DNA of 64,000 nucleotides, taken from contig CAVZVA010000003.1 in the NCBI GenBank assembly GCA_963778655.1, positions 224,001 through 288,000 on the forward strand. Reading direction: 5' to 3'. Positions within the stretch are counted from its first letter, which is position 1; the number at the start of each line of letters is the position of its first letter. The notes under the pieces were generated by a model that worked only from the letters and a program-made list of their open reading frames with translations, had not been told where the DNA came from and made no database searches. The stretch is from an uncultured delta proteobacterium (lineage in GTDB: Bacteria > Myxococcota_A > Polyangia > Polyangiales > JAFGIB01). This document shows, piece by piece, positions 26,177 through 36,291 of this stretch. The position numbers and the translations under genes were made by a program.

Positions 26177-28471
26177 ATGGGAACCAAGCACCTGACCGCA
26201 GCGCTGTTGCTCCTCGCCTGCGCCGGCTCGAGCGCTTGCTCGGGCAAGGTGCAGGGCAACCAACCCAAGAGCCCGCTGGGCACCGTCGGTGGTCCGGCCA
26301 ATGGGGCCGGAGGACCGAACGCGCCCGCAGGCACGACCAATGCGCCCGGCGGGACCGTTGCCGGCAACGACCCCGCTGGACCCGGCCCGATCACGGCGTC
26401 CGACACGCCCTTCGACGCGCAGACGGCGTTGACCGCCGTGCGCAAGGTCAAGGGCCTGCTCACCGGGCTCGCTCCGAGCGACGACGACGTCGCCAAGCTC
26501 ACCAGCTCGGGCGCCGCCGGCCTGCAGGAGCTGATCGGGACCTGGACCACCGATCCCACCTACCAGCCGTACTTCCGCGACAAGATGGTGTTCTTCTTCC
26601 GCAACGCGTTCCAGCAGACCGGATTCACGCCGACCGAGGACTTCAAGCCGCAGCTGCTGGAAAACGGCGGCTTCGACTTCGGTCCGTTCGGCACCAGCGC
26701 GGTGGGCGACGACGCTTTCGCGCGGCTGGTGCACAACCTGCAGGACAGCTTCGCGCTGACCGCATGGCAGCTGGTGGCCGAAGGGCGGCCGTTCAACGAA
26801 ACGCTGACCACCACGCGCTTCATGATGACCACCGGTCTCAAGAGCTTGTACCTGCAGATCGAGATGCCCAACGATCAGCCCTACGCCTTCTTCAATCGCC
26901 TCGGCAGCACCAGCCAGCCGCTGGCCTGGAAGATCGACTACAGCGGCAACCCGATTCCGCTCGAGCAGACGCTCGACCCGAGCAGCCCCAACTACATGGT
27001 GTGGAGCGACGAGCCGCCGGTGAACCAGAGCGGGTTCGGTCCGTTCCGCGGCGGCGGCAGCAGCATGTTCCCCACCTGCCGCGGCGGCACCACGATGGAC
27101 AGCAACGGCGCGGTGGTGACCTCGGCCGACATGAATGGCTACGCGCAGCTGTTCCAGCGCTTGCTCGGCTTCACCCCGCGCTATCCATATGCCGCGCAGC
27201 CCACCTGCTGGGAGCACCCGTCCAAGCCGGTCTTCACCGCGGACGACATGTCCGACTGGCAATGGGTGACGGTGCGCCCGCTCAAGGACGGTGAGGCGTA
27301 TCTCCAGCCCTACGATCTGCCGACGCTGCGCAAGACCACCGAGCTGCCGCTCAAGCTGCCGCGCGTCGGCTTCTACACCACGCCGGCGTTCCTGGCGCTG
27401 TGGAACACCAACAACAGCAACCAGCACCGGGTCACCGCCAACCAGACGCTGCTGGTGGCGCTCGGCTACTCGCTCACCAGCGAGAACGCGATCATCCCGC
27501 TCAGCACCGCGGGGCTCGACTCCGCGCACGCGGTGGATGGATCGGAGTGCTACGGCTGCCACAAGAGCCTCGACCCGCTGCGCCAGTTCTGGGGCAATCA
27601 GCTCGACTTCAATGACCGCAACGACTTCCCCAGCCGCGGATTCATGATGACCGCGGCCAATCCCAGGCCCGCCACCACCGGCGGGGTGTTCGCGTTCGGC
27701 GACATCAACGCCGCCGGCGCGAGCATGCTCGACCTGGGAGGGTTGCTGGCCCAGGTCAGCTCCGGCAGCACCGACCATCCGCTCAACCAGTTCGCGGCGG
27801 CGATGGCGCAGAAGCTGTGCTTCTACGCCGACTCGACCGCCTGCGGGCAAAACGATCCCGAGCTGCAGCGCATCGTGCTCGCGTTCCAGGACTCGAGCTA
27901 CAACTTCCTGACCCTGGTCAAGGAGCTGTTCTCGTCGCCGCTGGTGACCGGCGCGGCCGCCACCGACACCTTTGCGCAGGGTACGATGCCGGTCAGCATC
28001 TCGCGGCGCGACCACTTCTGCGCGGCGCTCTCCAATCGGCTGGGCAAGCCCGACATGTGCGCGCTGGCAGCGTCGTTGCCCTCGCAGGCGCAGACCGCCA
28101 CCGCCAAGATCGCCGGCAGCGTGGCGGCGGACGCCTTCAGCCGCGGCTCGGAGTCGCCGATCACGCCGGCCGATCCGACGCTGTTTTACCGCGCCGCGAC
28201 CGAGATGCTGTGCGAGAACATCGCCGGCCAGGTGGTCGACGCAGCGGCCGACAGCGTGTGGACCAGCGCCGACCCGACCGCGGCGATCCCCGACATGGTG
28301 GACAAGGTGATGGGCTACCCGCCGAGCGATCCGAAACGCGCGCAGGCGGTGCAAATTCTGCAGGACCACTTCACCAGCGCCATGTCCCAGACCCGCAATG
28401 CGAGCTCGGCGCTGCGCTCCGTCTTCGTGCTCGCATGCGAATCCCCGACCTCCGTGTCGTTCGGACTGTGA
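26177..28471 (+). CDS. Lipoprotein with a single CxxCH motif, DUF1588/DUF1585-like
   Basis: Signal with Cys (LLLACAGSSAC); ECYGCHKSLDP (27548-27562); FAAAMAQKLCFYA...YNFLTLVKELFSS. Confidence 0.7.
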   Translation: MGTKHLTAALLLLACAGSSACSGKVQGNQPKSPLGTVGGPANGAGGPNAPAGTTNAPGGTVAGNDPAGPGPITASDTPFDAQTALTAVRKVKGLLTGLAPSDDDVAKLTSSGAAGLQELIGTWTTDPTYQPYFRDKMVFFFRNAFQQTGFTPTEDFKPQLLENGGFDFGPFGTSAVGDDAFARLVHNLQDSFALTAWQLVAEGRPFNETLTTTRFMMTTGLKSLYLQIEMPNDQPYAFFNRLGSTSQPLAWKIDYSGNPIPLEQTLDPSSPNYMVWSDEPPVNQSGFGPFRGGGSSMFPTCRGGTTMDSNGAVVTSADMNGYAQLFQRLLGFTPRYPYAAQPTCWEHPSKPVFTADDMSDWQWVTVRPLKDGEAYLQPYDLPTLRKTTELPLKLPRVGFYTTPAFLALWNTNNSNQHRVTANQTLLVALGYSLTSENAIIPLSTAGLDSAHAVDGSECYGCHKSLDPLRQFWGNQLDFNDRNDFPSRGFMMTAANPRPATTGGVFAFGDINAAGASMLDLGGLLAQVSSGSTDHPLNQFAAAMAQKLCFYADSTACGQNDPELQRIVLAFQDSSYNFLTLVKELFSSPLVTGAAATDTFAQGTMPVSISRRDHFCAALSNRLGKPDMCALAASLPSQAQTATAKIAGSVAADAFSRGSESPITPADPTLFYRAATEMLCENIAGQVVDAAADSVWTSADPTAAIPDMVDKVMGYPPSDPKRAQAVQILQDHFTSAMSQTRNASSALRSVFVLACESPTSVSFGL

Positions 28472-28482
28472 GGAGAGCGGCC

Positions 28483-29856
28483 ATGAATGACAAGCTCACG
28501 CGAAGAGAGGCCCTGCTGGCTGCGCTGTTCGGCGGCGGCTACATCGGCCTGCGGGCGCTGGCGACGGGGTTACCGATCTCGTACCTGCTCAATCCGCGCA
28601 AGGCGACCGCCCAGGACCTGCAGTGCGCGATCGACGCCAAGGACAAGCTGCAATACCTGATCGTCAGCACCTCGAGCAACGGCGATCCGATCAATTGCAA
28701 CTGTCCCGGCACCTACGAGCTGAGCGACATCATTCACCCGCAGCAGGCGGAGGTGGCCGCCACCACGATCCAGCTCGGGGGCAAATCGTACGGCGCCGCC
28801 CTACCCTGGGCGCCGGCCGACATGGGCGGCGCGCTCGCCGCGAGCGTGCTCGGGCGCACGCTGTTCTTCCACCACTCGACCCGGACCACGGTGCACGGCG
28901 ACCAGCCCAAGGTGATGAAGCTGCTCGGGGCGACCAGCCATGGCGAGATGCTGGTCTCGGCCTTCGCCAAGCACCTCTCGAGCTGTTTCGGCACGGTTCA
29001 GCCGGAGCCGATCGCGGTGGGCGCGCGCGGCAACGCCAGCGAGCTGATCAGCTTCGCCGGCCGCACGCTGCCGTCGGTGTCGCCCACACAGCTCAAGCAG
29101 CTGCTCACCGGATCGCGCAACGACCCGCTGGTGCAGCTCAGGACGCTGCGCGACAGCGCGCTCGACCAGCTCAACCAGCTGGCCAAGAGCGACGCCAGCG
29201 ACGTGCAGAAGCAGTTCCTCGACGCGCTCGCCACCAGCCAGACCCAGGTGCGCATGCTGGCTGACCAGCTGGCCACCACGCTCAACGCGATCACCTCGGA
29301 CGACGTCAACGGCCAGGCACTGGCGGCCGCGGCGCTGATCTCCGCCAACGTGACCCCCGTGGTCACCATGCGCATCCCGTTCGGCGGCGACAACCACACC
29401 GATCAGGATCTGCAGAACGAGGCCGACCAGCACGTCAGCGGAGTGCAGGGCATCCAGGCGGTGATGGACGCGCTGGCGATGCTGAGCCTGACCGACAAGG
29501 TGACCTTCGCCACGCTCAACGTGTTCGGCCGCAACCTCAATGGCATCTCCAAGGTCGAGTCGCGCACCGGCCGCGATCACTACGGCAACCACTCGGTCAC
29601 GGTGATGATCGGCAAGAACGTGGCGCCCGGCGTGATCGGCGGGGTGACGCCCGGCAGCAGCGGTGCCTACGTGGCCTCGGACATCGACTCGGCGACCGGC
29701 GCCGCGGTGACGGGCGGCGACATCCCGGTGGCAGAGACCCACGTCGCAGCGGCGCGCACCCTGGGCGCGGTGCTCGGCATCCCGGAGACGGTGCTGGCGG
29801 ACGATTTCGTGGCCAGCGCAGGCGGCAAGCTGGTGCCGGTCGCGCTCGCGGGCTGA
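28483..29856 (+). CDS. Tat-exported DUF1501/DUF1552-like protein
   Basis: RBS AGGAG; LTRREAL twin-arginine; GGDNH, VFGRN, GRDH, GVIGG motifs. Confidence 0.75.
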   Translation: MNDKLTRREALLAALFGGGYIGLRALATGLPISYLLNPRKATAQDLQCAIDAKDKLQYLIVSTSSNGDPINCNCPGTYELSDIIHPQQAEVAATTIQLGGKSYGAALPWAPADMGGALAASVLGRTLFFHHSTRTTVHGDQPKVMKLLGATSHGEMLVSAFAKHLSSCFGTVQPEPIAVGARGNASELISFAGRTLPSVSPTQLKQLLTGSRNDPLVQLRTLRDSALDQLNQLAKSDASDVQKQFLDALATSQTQVRMLADQLATTLNAITSDDVNGQALAAAALISANVTPVVTMRIPFGGDNHTDQDLQNEADQHVSGVQGIQAVMDALAMLSLTDKVTFATLNVFGRNLNGISKVESRTGRDHYGNHSVTVMIGKNVAPGVIGGVTPGSSGAYVASDIDSATGAAVTGGDIPVAETHVAAARTLGAVLGIPETVLADDFVASAGGKLVPVALAG

Positions 29857-29871
29857 GCAGCGGCTGTCGTT

Positions 29872-30163
29872 GGTGGTCGTCTTCGGTCTGGCGCATGCCC
29901 GCGGCTTGCCGGGTCCGGCGAGCCGGTGGCTGCGACGCCGGCCCGTAGTCGTTCTCGCCCCTTCGGACGCTGCAGGAACTGGAGCACCTGACCGGTGCCC
30001 TAGGTTTTGGTGGCCGGCCTGCTGCGCAGCTTTAGCTCCGCTACCTGACCCCACTCGGCCGCAAAGAAACCGCGGGGAAGACCGCGGGAGCGCGCCGCAC
30101 GTTCCCCGCGTGGGTCCCGGACCGGGCAAGCCGCGGGCGTGCGCGACACCGATGGCGATCACT
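29872..30163. repeat. Element bounded by 47-bp imperfect inverted repeats between convergent genes
   Basis: 29872-29918 vs reverse complement of 30117-30163: 39/47 identical. Confidence 0.7.
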
Positions 30164-31100
30164 TTCGAGGTTGCGGCCCGCCTGCGCTTGCCGTGAGCTC
30201 GGTGATCAGGGCGAGTAGGAAGTCGATTGCGGGCTCGGGGTCGCGGCGGCGTACGCTGAAGACCCGGATTGGGGGCAGCGTGAAAGGCAGCGCGTGCAGG
30301 CTCAGGCCGAAACGCGCGGCGTGGTGCCGGGCCAGCCTGTGCGGCGCGACCGCCACCGCGTCGGATCGCGCAACCACCGCGAACGCGATCAGGAAGCGCG
30401 GCACCGCCGCCACCACCCGCCGCGGCAGCGCGTCGTCGCCCAGCGGCTCGATCTCGGGCCCGCGGAAATCCCCGGCGACCGAAATCTGGACGTGGTCGAG
30501 CGCCGAATAGGCGGCGGCGCCGAGACGGCGCGCCAGCTTGGGGTGGCCGCGCCGCGCGACCAGGCAGTAGCGGTCCTCGAACAGCGGCTGCTGCCACAGC
30601 TCGCCGAGCGGCGGCCTGAAGCGGCCGAGCGCCAGATCGATCTCGTCGCGCCGCAGCGCCTCGAGCGCGTCCTGGCCCAGGCGCTGGCTGAACGCGAAGC
30701 GTGCGCCGGGAGCGCGCCGCGCGAACGCGCGCAGCAGCGGCGGGGCCAGCAAAGTCGTCAGGTGGTCGGGCGCGCCGATGCGGAAGCCGCGGGTCGTGGT
30801 CGCCGGCGAGAAGCCCGCGCCGCCGCCCAGGGCCTCGTCCATCGCCAGCAGCAGCGCCTCGACGCGCGGGGCGAGCTCGAGCGCGTGGCGCGTGGGCTCG
30901 AGCCCATGCGCCCTGCGCACGAACAGCGGGTCGCCGAACAGCGCACGCAGGCGCGAGAGCGCGTGGCTGACCGCGGACTGGCTCAGCCCCAGGCGCTGCG
31001 CGACCAGCGTGGCGCGCCGCAAGCGCAGCAGCTCGCGCAGCACCAGCAGCAGCGAGCCGTCCAGCTGTCTGATCTTGATTTCATCGATATCTGACATCAA
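30159..31100 (-). CDS. LysR family transcriptional regulator
   Basis: LGLSQSAVSHALSRLR..GDPLFVR..PT HTH; substrate-binding domain; divergent from the oxidoreductase operon. Confidence 0.95.
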   Translation of the reverse strand: MMSDIDEIKIRQLDGSLLLVLRELLRLRRATLVAQRLGLSQSAVSHALSRLRALFGDPLFVRRAHGLEPTRHALELAPRVEALLLAMDEALGGGAGFSPATTTRGFRIGAPDHLTTLLAPPLLRAFARRAPGARFAFSQRLGQDALEALRRDEIDLALGRFRPPLGELWQQPLFEDRYCLVARRGHPKLARRLGAAAYSALDHVQISVAGDFRGPEIEPLGDDALPRRVVAAVPRFLIAFAVVARSDAVAVAPHRLARHHAARFGLSLHALPFTLPPIRVFSVRRRDPEPAIDFLLALITELTASAGGPQPRK

Positions 31101-31181
31101 AAGATTTCACTACTTTCGATAATGCGCCGCAAGTAGGCTGTCCTCAGCGGGCCGGCGCGGCCCGCGAAAGGAGCGCGGGCG

Positions 31182-32183
31182 ATGAAGGCGGTGCTGCTCA
31201 ACGACTACGGATCGGCCGACAACCTGGTGCTGGCGGACGTGCCGCGGCCCGAGCTCGCGCCCGACCAGGTGCTGGTCAAGGTCGCCTACGGCGGGCTGCG
31301 CTGGGGCGACATCATGCAGCGCAACGGCGTGCCCAGCCGGGCGCGCAAGCCGCCGTTCGTCGCCGGGCAGGAGGCCTCGGGCGTGGTCGAGGCGGTGGGC
31401 GCGGGCGTGAAAAGCTACAAGCCCGGAATGCGGGTGATGGCGATGGCGCTCGGCGGGGCCTGGTCCGAATACCTAGCGGTGCCCGAGAGCCTGCTCGTGC
31501 CGGTGCCCGAGCGGGTGTCGCTGGAGCAGATGCTGGCGTACCCGGTGAATCTGCTGACCGCCTACTACGCGGTCAACGTGTGGGCCAAGGTGCAGCCGGG
31601 CGAGCGCGTGCTGCTGCACGCCGCGGCCGGCGGCGTGGGCCTGCTCGCGCTGCAGATCATGAAACGGCGGCTGCAGGACGTGACGGTGGTGGCGCTCGCC
31701 GGCAGCGAGGACAAGCTCGCGCTGGCCCGCGCGCACGGCGCGGATCACGCGATCAACTACAAGACCACCAACTACGTCGACGAGATCGGGCGCCTGTTCG
31801 GGCCCAAGGCTGCGGGCTTCGCCAGCGGCGGCGAGCGCGGCGGCGGGGTCGACGTGTCGCTCAACGGAGTGGCCGGCCCCACGCTCAAGACCGATCCCCA
31901 GGTGATCCGCAAGCGCGGGCGCTGGGTGATCTACGGCTGGGCGGGCGGCGCCGGCACGCTCAACCCCGCGGCCTTCGGCTACGACGGCATCACCGTGATG
32001 CCGTTTTCGATGATCGCCTGGATGGGCACGCCCGAGCACCGTGCGGGGCTTGCATTCACGCGCCAATGGTTGGAGACCGAGGAGTTGATCGAGCCGAGCG
32101 TGTATCCGATCGAACGCGTCGCGGAGGTGGAGCGCGCGATGGAGCAAGGCGAAACAATCGGCAAGGTGGTATTCGAGATCTGA
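31182..32183 (+). CDS. NADPH:quinone oxidoreductase-like MDR family protein
   Basis: GQEASGVV, LLHAAAGGVG, GADHAINY, GKVV; RBS AGGAG. Confidence 0.92.
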   Translation: MKAVLLNDYGSADNLVLADVPRPELAPDQVLVKVAYGGLRWGDIMQRNGVPSRARKPPFVAGQEASGVVEAVGAGVKSYKPGMRVMAMALGGAWSEYLAVPESLLVPVPERVSLEQMLAYPVNLLTAYYAVNVWAKVQPGERVLLHAAAGGVGLLALQIMKRRLQDVTVVALAGSEDKLALARAHGADHAINYKTTNYVDEIGRLFGPKAAGFASGGERGGGVDVSLNGVAGPTLKTDPQVIRKRGRWVIYGWAGGAGTLNPAAFGYDGITVMPFSMIAWMGTPEHRAGLAFTRQWLETEELIEPSVYPIERVAEVERAMEQGETIGKVVFEI

Positions 32184-32200
32184 CGCGAGAGGAGCCTGCG

Positions 32201-32992
32201 ATGCGCTTGGTCGATCTGACGCGAACCCTCGACTCGCACGACTACGAGAAGCTGCCGGCCTACGCCCGGATGTCGGCGTCGGTGCTGGTGCCCAAGGTGG
32301 AGTACTACGCGCCCGGCGAGCGCGGCGCGGAGATCATGTGCCAGATCTTCGGCTGCGAACGCCACCAGCTGCCGGCTGGAGAAGGCTGGGGCGAGGAGCG
32401 GCTCGCGTTCAACTCGCACATCGGCACGCACGTCGATGCGCCGCTGCACTACGGCTCGACCTGCGAGGGCAAGCCCGCGCGCACGATCGAGGCGATCGCT
32501 CTGGAAGAGCTGTACTGCGACGGGCTGGTGCTCGACATGCGCGGGCGCGCGCAGCCGGGCGAGGGCTACAGCGTGGAGGCGCTGCGCGGAGCGCTCACGC
32601 AGAACGGCGGGCGGCTGACTCCCGGCTGCGCGCTGCTGCTGCGCACCGGACAGGAGCAGTACACGCTGGATGACGCGCGCTGGTACGCCTATCCGGGCAT
32701 GACGCGCGAGGGCACGCTGTTTCTGGCCGGGCTCGGCGCCAAGGTGCTCGGCACCGACGCGGTGGGCTGGGACCGCCCGTTCATGGTCATGCGCGAGGCG
32801 TTCGCGCAGAGCGGCGACCCGGCGCAGATCTGGGACGGCCACTTCGCCGGCCGCGAGCGCGAGGTCTTCATCGTGCAGCAGCTGGCGAACCTCGGGAGCT
32901 TGCCCGCACACGGCTTCAAGGTGGGCTTCTTCCCGCTCAAGCTGGCGCACTGCAGCGCCGCGCCCGCGCGCGCCGTGGCGTTCGTGGACTGA
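32201..32992 (+). CDS. Cyclase family (kynurenine formamidase-like) metal-dependent hydrolase
   Basis: HIGTHVDAPLH, LLRTG, YPG, FPLKL..SAAPARAVA; RBS AGGAG. Confidence 0.9.
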   Translation: MRLVDLTRTLDSHDYEKLPAYARMSASVLVPKVEYYAPGERGAEIMCQIFGCERHQLPAGEGWGEERLAFNSHIGTHVDAPLHYGSTCEGKPARTIEAIALEELYCDGLVLDMRGRAQPGEGYSVEALRGALTQNGGRLTPGCALLLRTGQEQYTLDDARWYAYPGMTREGTLFLAGLGAKVLGTDAVGWDRPFMVMREAFAQSGDPAQIWDGHFAGREREVFIVQQLANLGSLPAHGFKVGFFPLKLAHCSAAPARAVAFVD

Positions 32993-33089
32993 GCGCGAGC
33001 CTGCGCAGCCGGGTGCGAGCCGCGCCGTGCCGCGCGGCCGGACCGGCCGGACGAACGCGCCCCGGGGCAGGTTGACCTGCGCCCCGACG

Positions 33090-33441
33090 CGCACACCATG
33101 ATCATGGCGGGCCATGCGCGCCAGAAGTTCGTCTGCTACCCGATCAGCCACCGCGCAAGTCGGCCCGGCCTGCAGCGCATCAACTTCGTGGCCGAGCTGC
33201 GCTTCGACACCACCGTGCTCGAGGAGCGCGAGGACTGGAACAAGCGCGGCAAGCTGGAGGACTTCCTGCCGCGCTTCGAGAGCTGGGGCTTCGACTGGCT
33301 CGACGTGCCGGCGCTGATCCGCGCCGCGCCCGAGACCTTCGTGTATCCGATGGTCGATCGGGAACCGCTTCCGCGCTGGACCTTCGGCCCGGTGACGCTG
33401 CTCGGCGACGCAGCGCACCCGATGTACCCGATCGGCAGCAA
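33090..33441 (+). pseudogene. Internal fragment of a flavin-dependent monooxygenase (FAD_binding_3 family)
   Basis: KFVCYPIS, YPMVDREPLPRW, VTLLGDAAHPMYPIGSN; lacks the N-terminal GxGxxG, and similarity stops right after GSN. Confidence 0.8.
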
Positions 33442-33496
33442 CTCGAGATCTACCGCGTGCCGTGAGGCCGGGCGCGGGCGGTGGCGCAGCGACGCG

Positions 33497-34816
33497 TCAG
33501 CCCGGGTCGAGCAGCTGGCCGAGAAACAGGATCTGTCCGCTGGGCTGATCGTAGATGGCGAAGATGAAGGGCCGGTCGAAGGTGATGCTGGCCGGTGACG
33601 GGATGCCCGTCGTCCCGGCGATGACCGCGGTCGCGGCCGCGGCCTCGGTGCCCTGTTCGTCCACGGCCACGAAGGCCTTGTGGAACACGGCCGTGATGAG
33701 CAGATCCTTGGCGCCGTCGATGCCGGAAAAGTCGGCGTCCGCAGCACTGAACGCCGCCTGCATGCCGAGGCTCATCAGGGCCGGGCTCAGCTCCTGGTCC
33801 CAGGTGAAGCTCCATTTGGGCAAGCTCAAGGTGACCAGGTGGTGGGACAGCCCGTTGCGCACTGCGTCGAAGAAGCTCGTATCCAGACCCTGCGAGACCG
33901 CATCGAATTGGCCGTCGGCGGGTAGCACGAGCAGCATCATGACGTCGGGGGACAGGTAGGGCAGCGCGACCGCCTGGTAGTCCACGCCCTCCCCGTACGC
34001 CAGTTCCTGGACCGCGTGCATCATGCGCACGCTGCGCGCGCCGCCTGGCGCCTGGAAGCTCCCGGCGTCTGTCTTGGCCGGGTCGAACTTGGTCTTCCAG
34101 CTTGCCTTGAAGTAGATCGCGTTGGTGAGCACCAGCTTGGTCAGTGGATCGAGCGGAGGCGGGATCAGGTCCTGAATGCGGTCGTGGGTCTGCTGCGCGA
34201 CCCAGTCGTTGATCAGCTTGCGCGCGGGCTCGGGCTGCCCGAAGTCGACCAGGAACAACCCGGCGCCGTAGTTGACCGCGAGCACGTCGAGGTAGCCGCC
34301 TAGGAAGTCGAAGCCCTTCTGGCCCCAGGCCTGGTTCACCACCTGCAGGCTGAAGCCATCGCCCTCCACCGGCTCGGAGCTCGGGACGAGCTGATCCTTG
34401 CGCATGGCCAGCTGCTGATCGACTGCGTTGAAGGCCGCGTGCAGCGCGCTCTGCGGCAGGCTGTAGTGCAGCGCGCTCTGCATCTCCGACTCGGTCGTTC
34501 CGCGCGCGCCCGCGTAGGTCATCGCCAGCGCGGTCCAGATGCTGTAGGGCGAGAAGAACAGGTTGTCTTTGTCCTTCGCGAGCTTCGCATACAATTCGAG
34601 CGCGAACGCGCGGCTGTCCCGGCCAAAGGTCTCGGCGTCACCCGAGCTGACCACCGGATGCTGCTCGCGGGGCCGGCTCGACTTCGCCAGCTCGGCGCCT
34701 TGCGGCACCGCCGACGTGGCCGGGCTGCCGGCGCCGCTGCCCGAGCACGCGCTCGCCAGCAGCCACCCAATCGCGACCGCCGTGCTCGGCGCCCATCCGC
34801 ATTGCCGTTCCCGCAT
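33497..34816 (-). CDS. Serpin family lipoprotein
   Basis: Lipobox LASAC; NLFFSPYSI, INDWV..T..I, NAIYFKASW, HKAFVAVDEQGTEAAAAT, FDRPFIF..ILFLG. Confidence 0.95.
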   Translation of the reverse strand: MRERQCGWAPSTAVAIGWLLASACSGSGAGSPATSAVPQGAELAKSSRPREQHPVVSSGDAETFGRDSRAFALELYAKLAKDKDNLFFSPYSIWTALAMTYAGARGTTESEMQSALHYSLPQSALHAAFNAVDQQLAMRKDQLVPSSEPVEGDGFSLQVVNQAWGQKGFDFLGGYLDVLAVNYGAGLFLVDFGQPEPARKLINDWVAQQTHDRIQDLIPPPLDPLTKLVLTNAIYFKASWKTKFDPAKTDAGSFQAPGGARSVRMMHAVQELAYGEGVDYQAVALPYLSPDVMMLLVLPADGQFDAVSQGLDTSFFDAVRNGLSHHLVTLSLPKWSFTWDQELSPALMSLGMQAAFSAADADFSGIDGAKDLLITAVFHKAFVAVDEQGTEAAAATAVIAGTTGIPSPASITFDRPFIFAIYDQPSGQILFLGQLLDPG

Positions 34817-34908
34817 GACCCGCTCCTTTGGCAGCACACCGCGGGATACGTACGCACGCGGCCGAGCGGCGGTAGCGCCCTCAGCGGCGAGCACCACCTG
34901 CGCCGCGC

Positions 34909-36291
34909 TCAGCTCCCCGTCGAGCGCACCACCAGCGCCCCGTAGAAGGGCAGCGCGATCTCGCTGCTGGTCGTGGTTTGCACCTCGCCGTCGGGTGGCG
35001 CTCCCAGGTCCGGACCGGACAGCGGGTCGTAGCAATTGACCACAGGGTCGCGGTCGAGCCAATCCGTGAACTGCGGGTCGACGAACGCGCCGAGCTTGGC
35101 CTTGAGATCGAGGCTGGCTGCACCCGCGTCGCTCGCTCCGCCTTCGTCCGCGCCCTCGTTGCCCGCCTCGCTCGCGGCCTGGGCCAAGAAATCCCACGGC
35201 AGCACGCAGGTGTGCTGGGCCGGCATGGCGGGGGCGACGTCGCCGAGCGTCGCGCGCACGCTGACGCACCCGCCCGAGGGCCTGCCCACCACCACCTGCA
35301 CGCCCGGTCGCGCCGCGAAGCGTGCCGCGACCGTCACCGCGCCGGTCGACGCAGGCGCGCACACCTGCAGCGCAGGCGGCGCGGTGGCGTCGGCCTCGAG
35401 CATCGCCCACGCCTCGAGCCGATCGGCCGAGCGATACGGATCGGGGCCGGCATCCTGGATCCGCAGCAGCGCACTGAACAGCGCTTGAGGAAACGGTCCG
35501 CCCGCGGGATCGGTCAGCCGGCTCGTGTCGTCGAACGCCAGCGCCTTGGCCAGGTCGGGATGATAGAGCTGAGTCTCGCGATACGGGTTGTAGAACAGGT
35601 GCACCACGGTCGCGTCCGACGCGGTGTGCGCCACCGCCATGAACGTGATCGGGTGCAGCTCGGTCTGAAACGCCAGGTGGCCGCAGTCGACCACGAAGTG
35701 ACCCATGATCACCACGCGGTCGCCGGTCTGAGGAACGAAGCCGTCTTGCAGATCCTCGAGCGCGTGGTCGCGCATGTCGCGCCAGTCTTGCTCGTCCACG
35801 CCCGGCTGCGCCACCCGGTGCGGCAGCTGGCCGGCGGCGAGCTCGACGTGCACCGTGTCGATGATCGCGCCGTAGGCCTGGCCCACGCCGCGATAGGCCT
35901 CGTCGAGCTCCACGTCGGCGGTGAAGTCCGAGCCCAGGGTGTGGTCGTAGGGAAAGTCGCCGGCACCGAGCGCGCTGTGCATGATAGTGCCGGCGATCAA
36001 CACCTCGCTCGGCGCGGGCTTCACGTCTGCAAGCCGCTTGGGCACCTTGTAATCGAGCGGATTGCTGGCATTGGCCAGCTCCACCAGGAAGCGGCGATCA
36101 TCGGCACCGCACACGCTCTTGACGTCCACCACCGGCAGCTCGCCGTTGAGGGACGCCGCCTCCTGTTCGTCGACCTCGAGCGAGCGCGGGGAGACGCCGG
36201 CCGCCGCGTCCGGCTTCGGGCTGCCGCCGCGGTGCGAGCAGCCCGCGACCAGGGCGGTCGCGACTAGGCCGATGACGCCGAGGGTGCGCAT
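34909..36291 (-). CDS. Hypothetical lipoprotein with GDRV..G..VDCGH..TELHP motif
   Basis: Lipobox LVAGC; long ORF with coding-like codon usage. Confidence 0.75.
   Translation of the reverse strand: MRTLGVIGLVATALVAGCSHRGGSPKPDAAAGVSPRSLEVDEQEAASLNGELPVVDVKSVCGADDRRFLVELANASNPLDYKVPKRLADVKPAPSEVLIAGTIMHSALGAGDFPYDHTLGSDFTADVELDEAYRGVGQAYGAIIDTVHVELAAGQLPHRVAQPGVDEQDWRDMRDHALEDLQDGFVPQTGDRVVIMGHFVVDCGHLAFQTELHPITFMAVAHTASDATVVHLFYNPYRETQLYHPDLAKALAFDDTSRLTDPAGGPFPQALFSALLRIQDAGPDPYRSADRLEAWAMLEADATAPPALQVCAPASTGAVTVAARFAARPGVQVVVGRPSGGCVSVRATLGDVAPAMPAQHTCVLPWDFLAQAASEAGNEGADEGGASDAGAASLDLKAKLGAFVDPQFTDWLDRDPVVNCYDPLSGPDLGAPPDGEVQTTTSSEIALPFYGALVVRSTGS

Noticed and set aside
30020..30056. GTCAGG-TAGCGGAGCTA-AAGC on the minus strand resembling SRP RNA helix 8
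   Set aside because: No GNRA tetraloop or AGCAG symmetric loop; does not fit the 4.5S consensus
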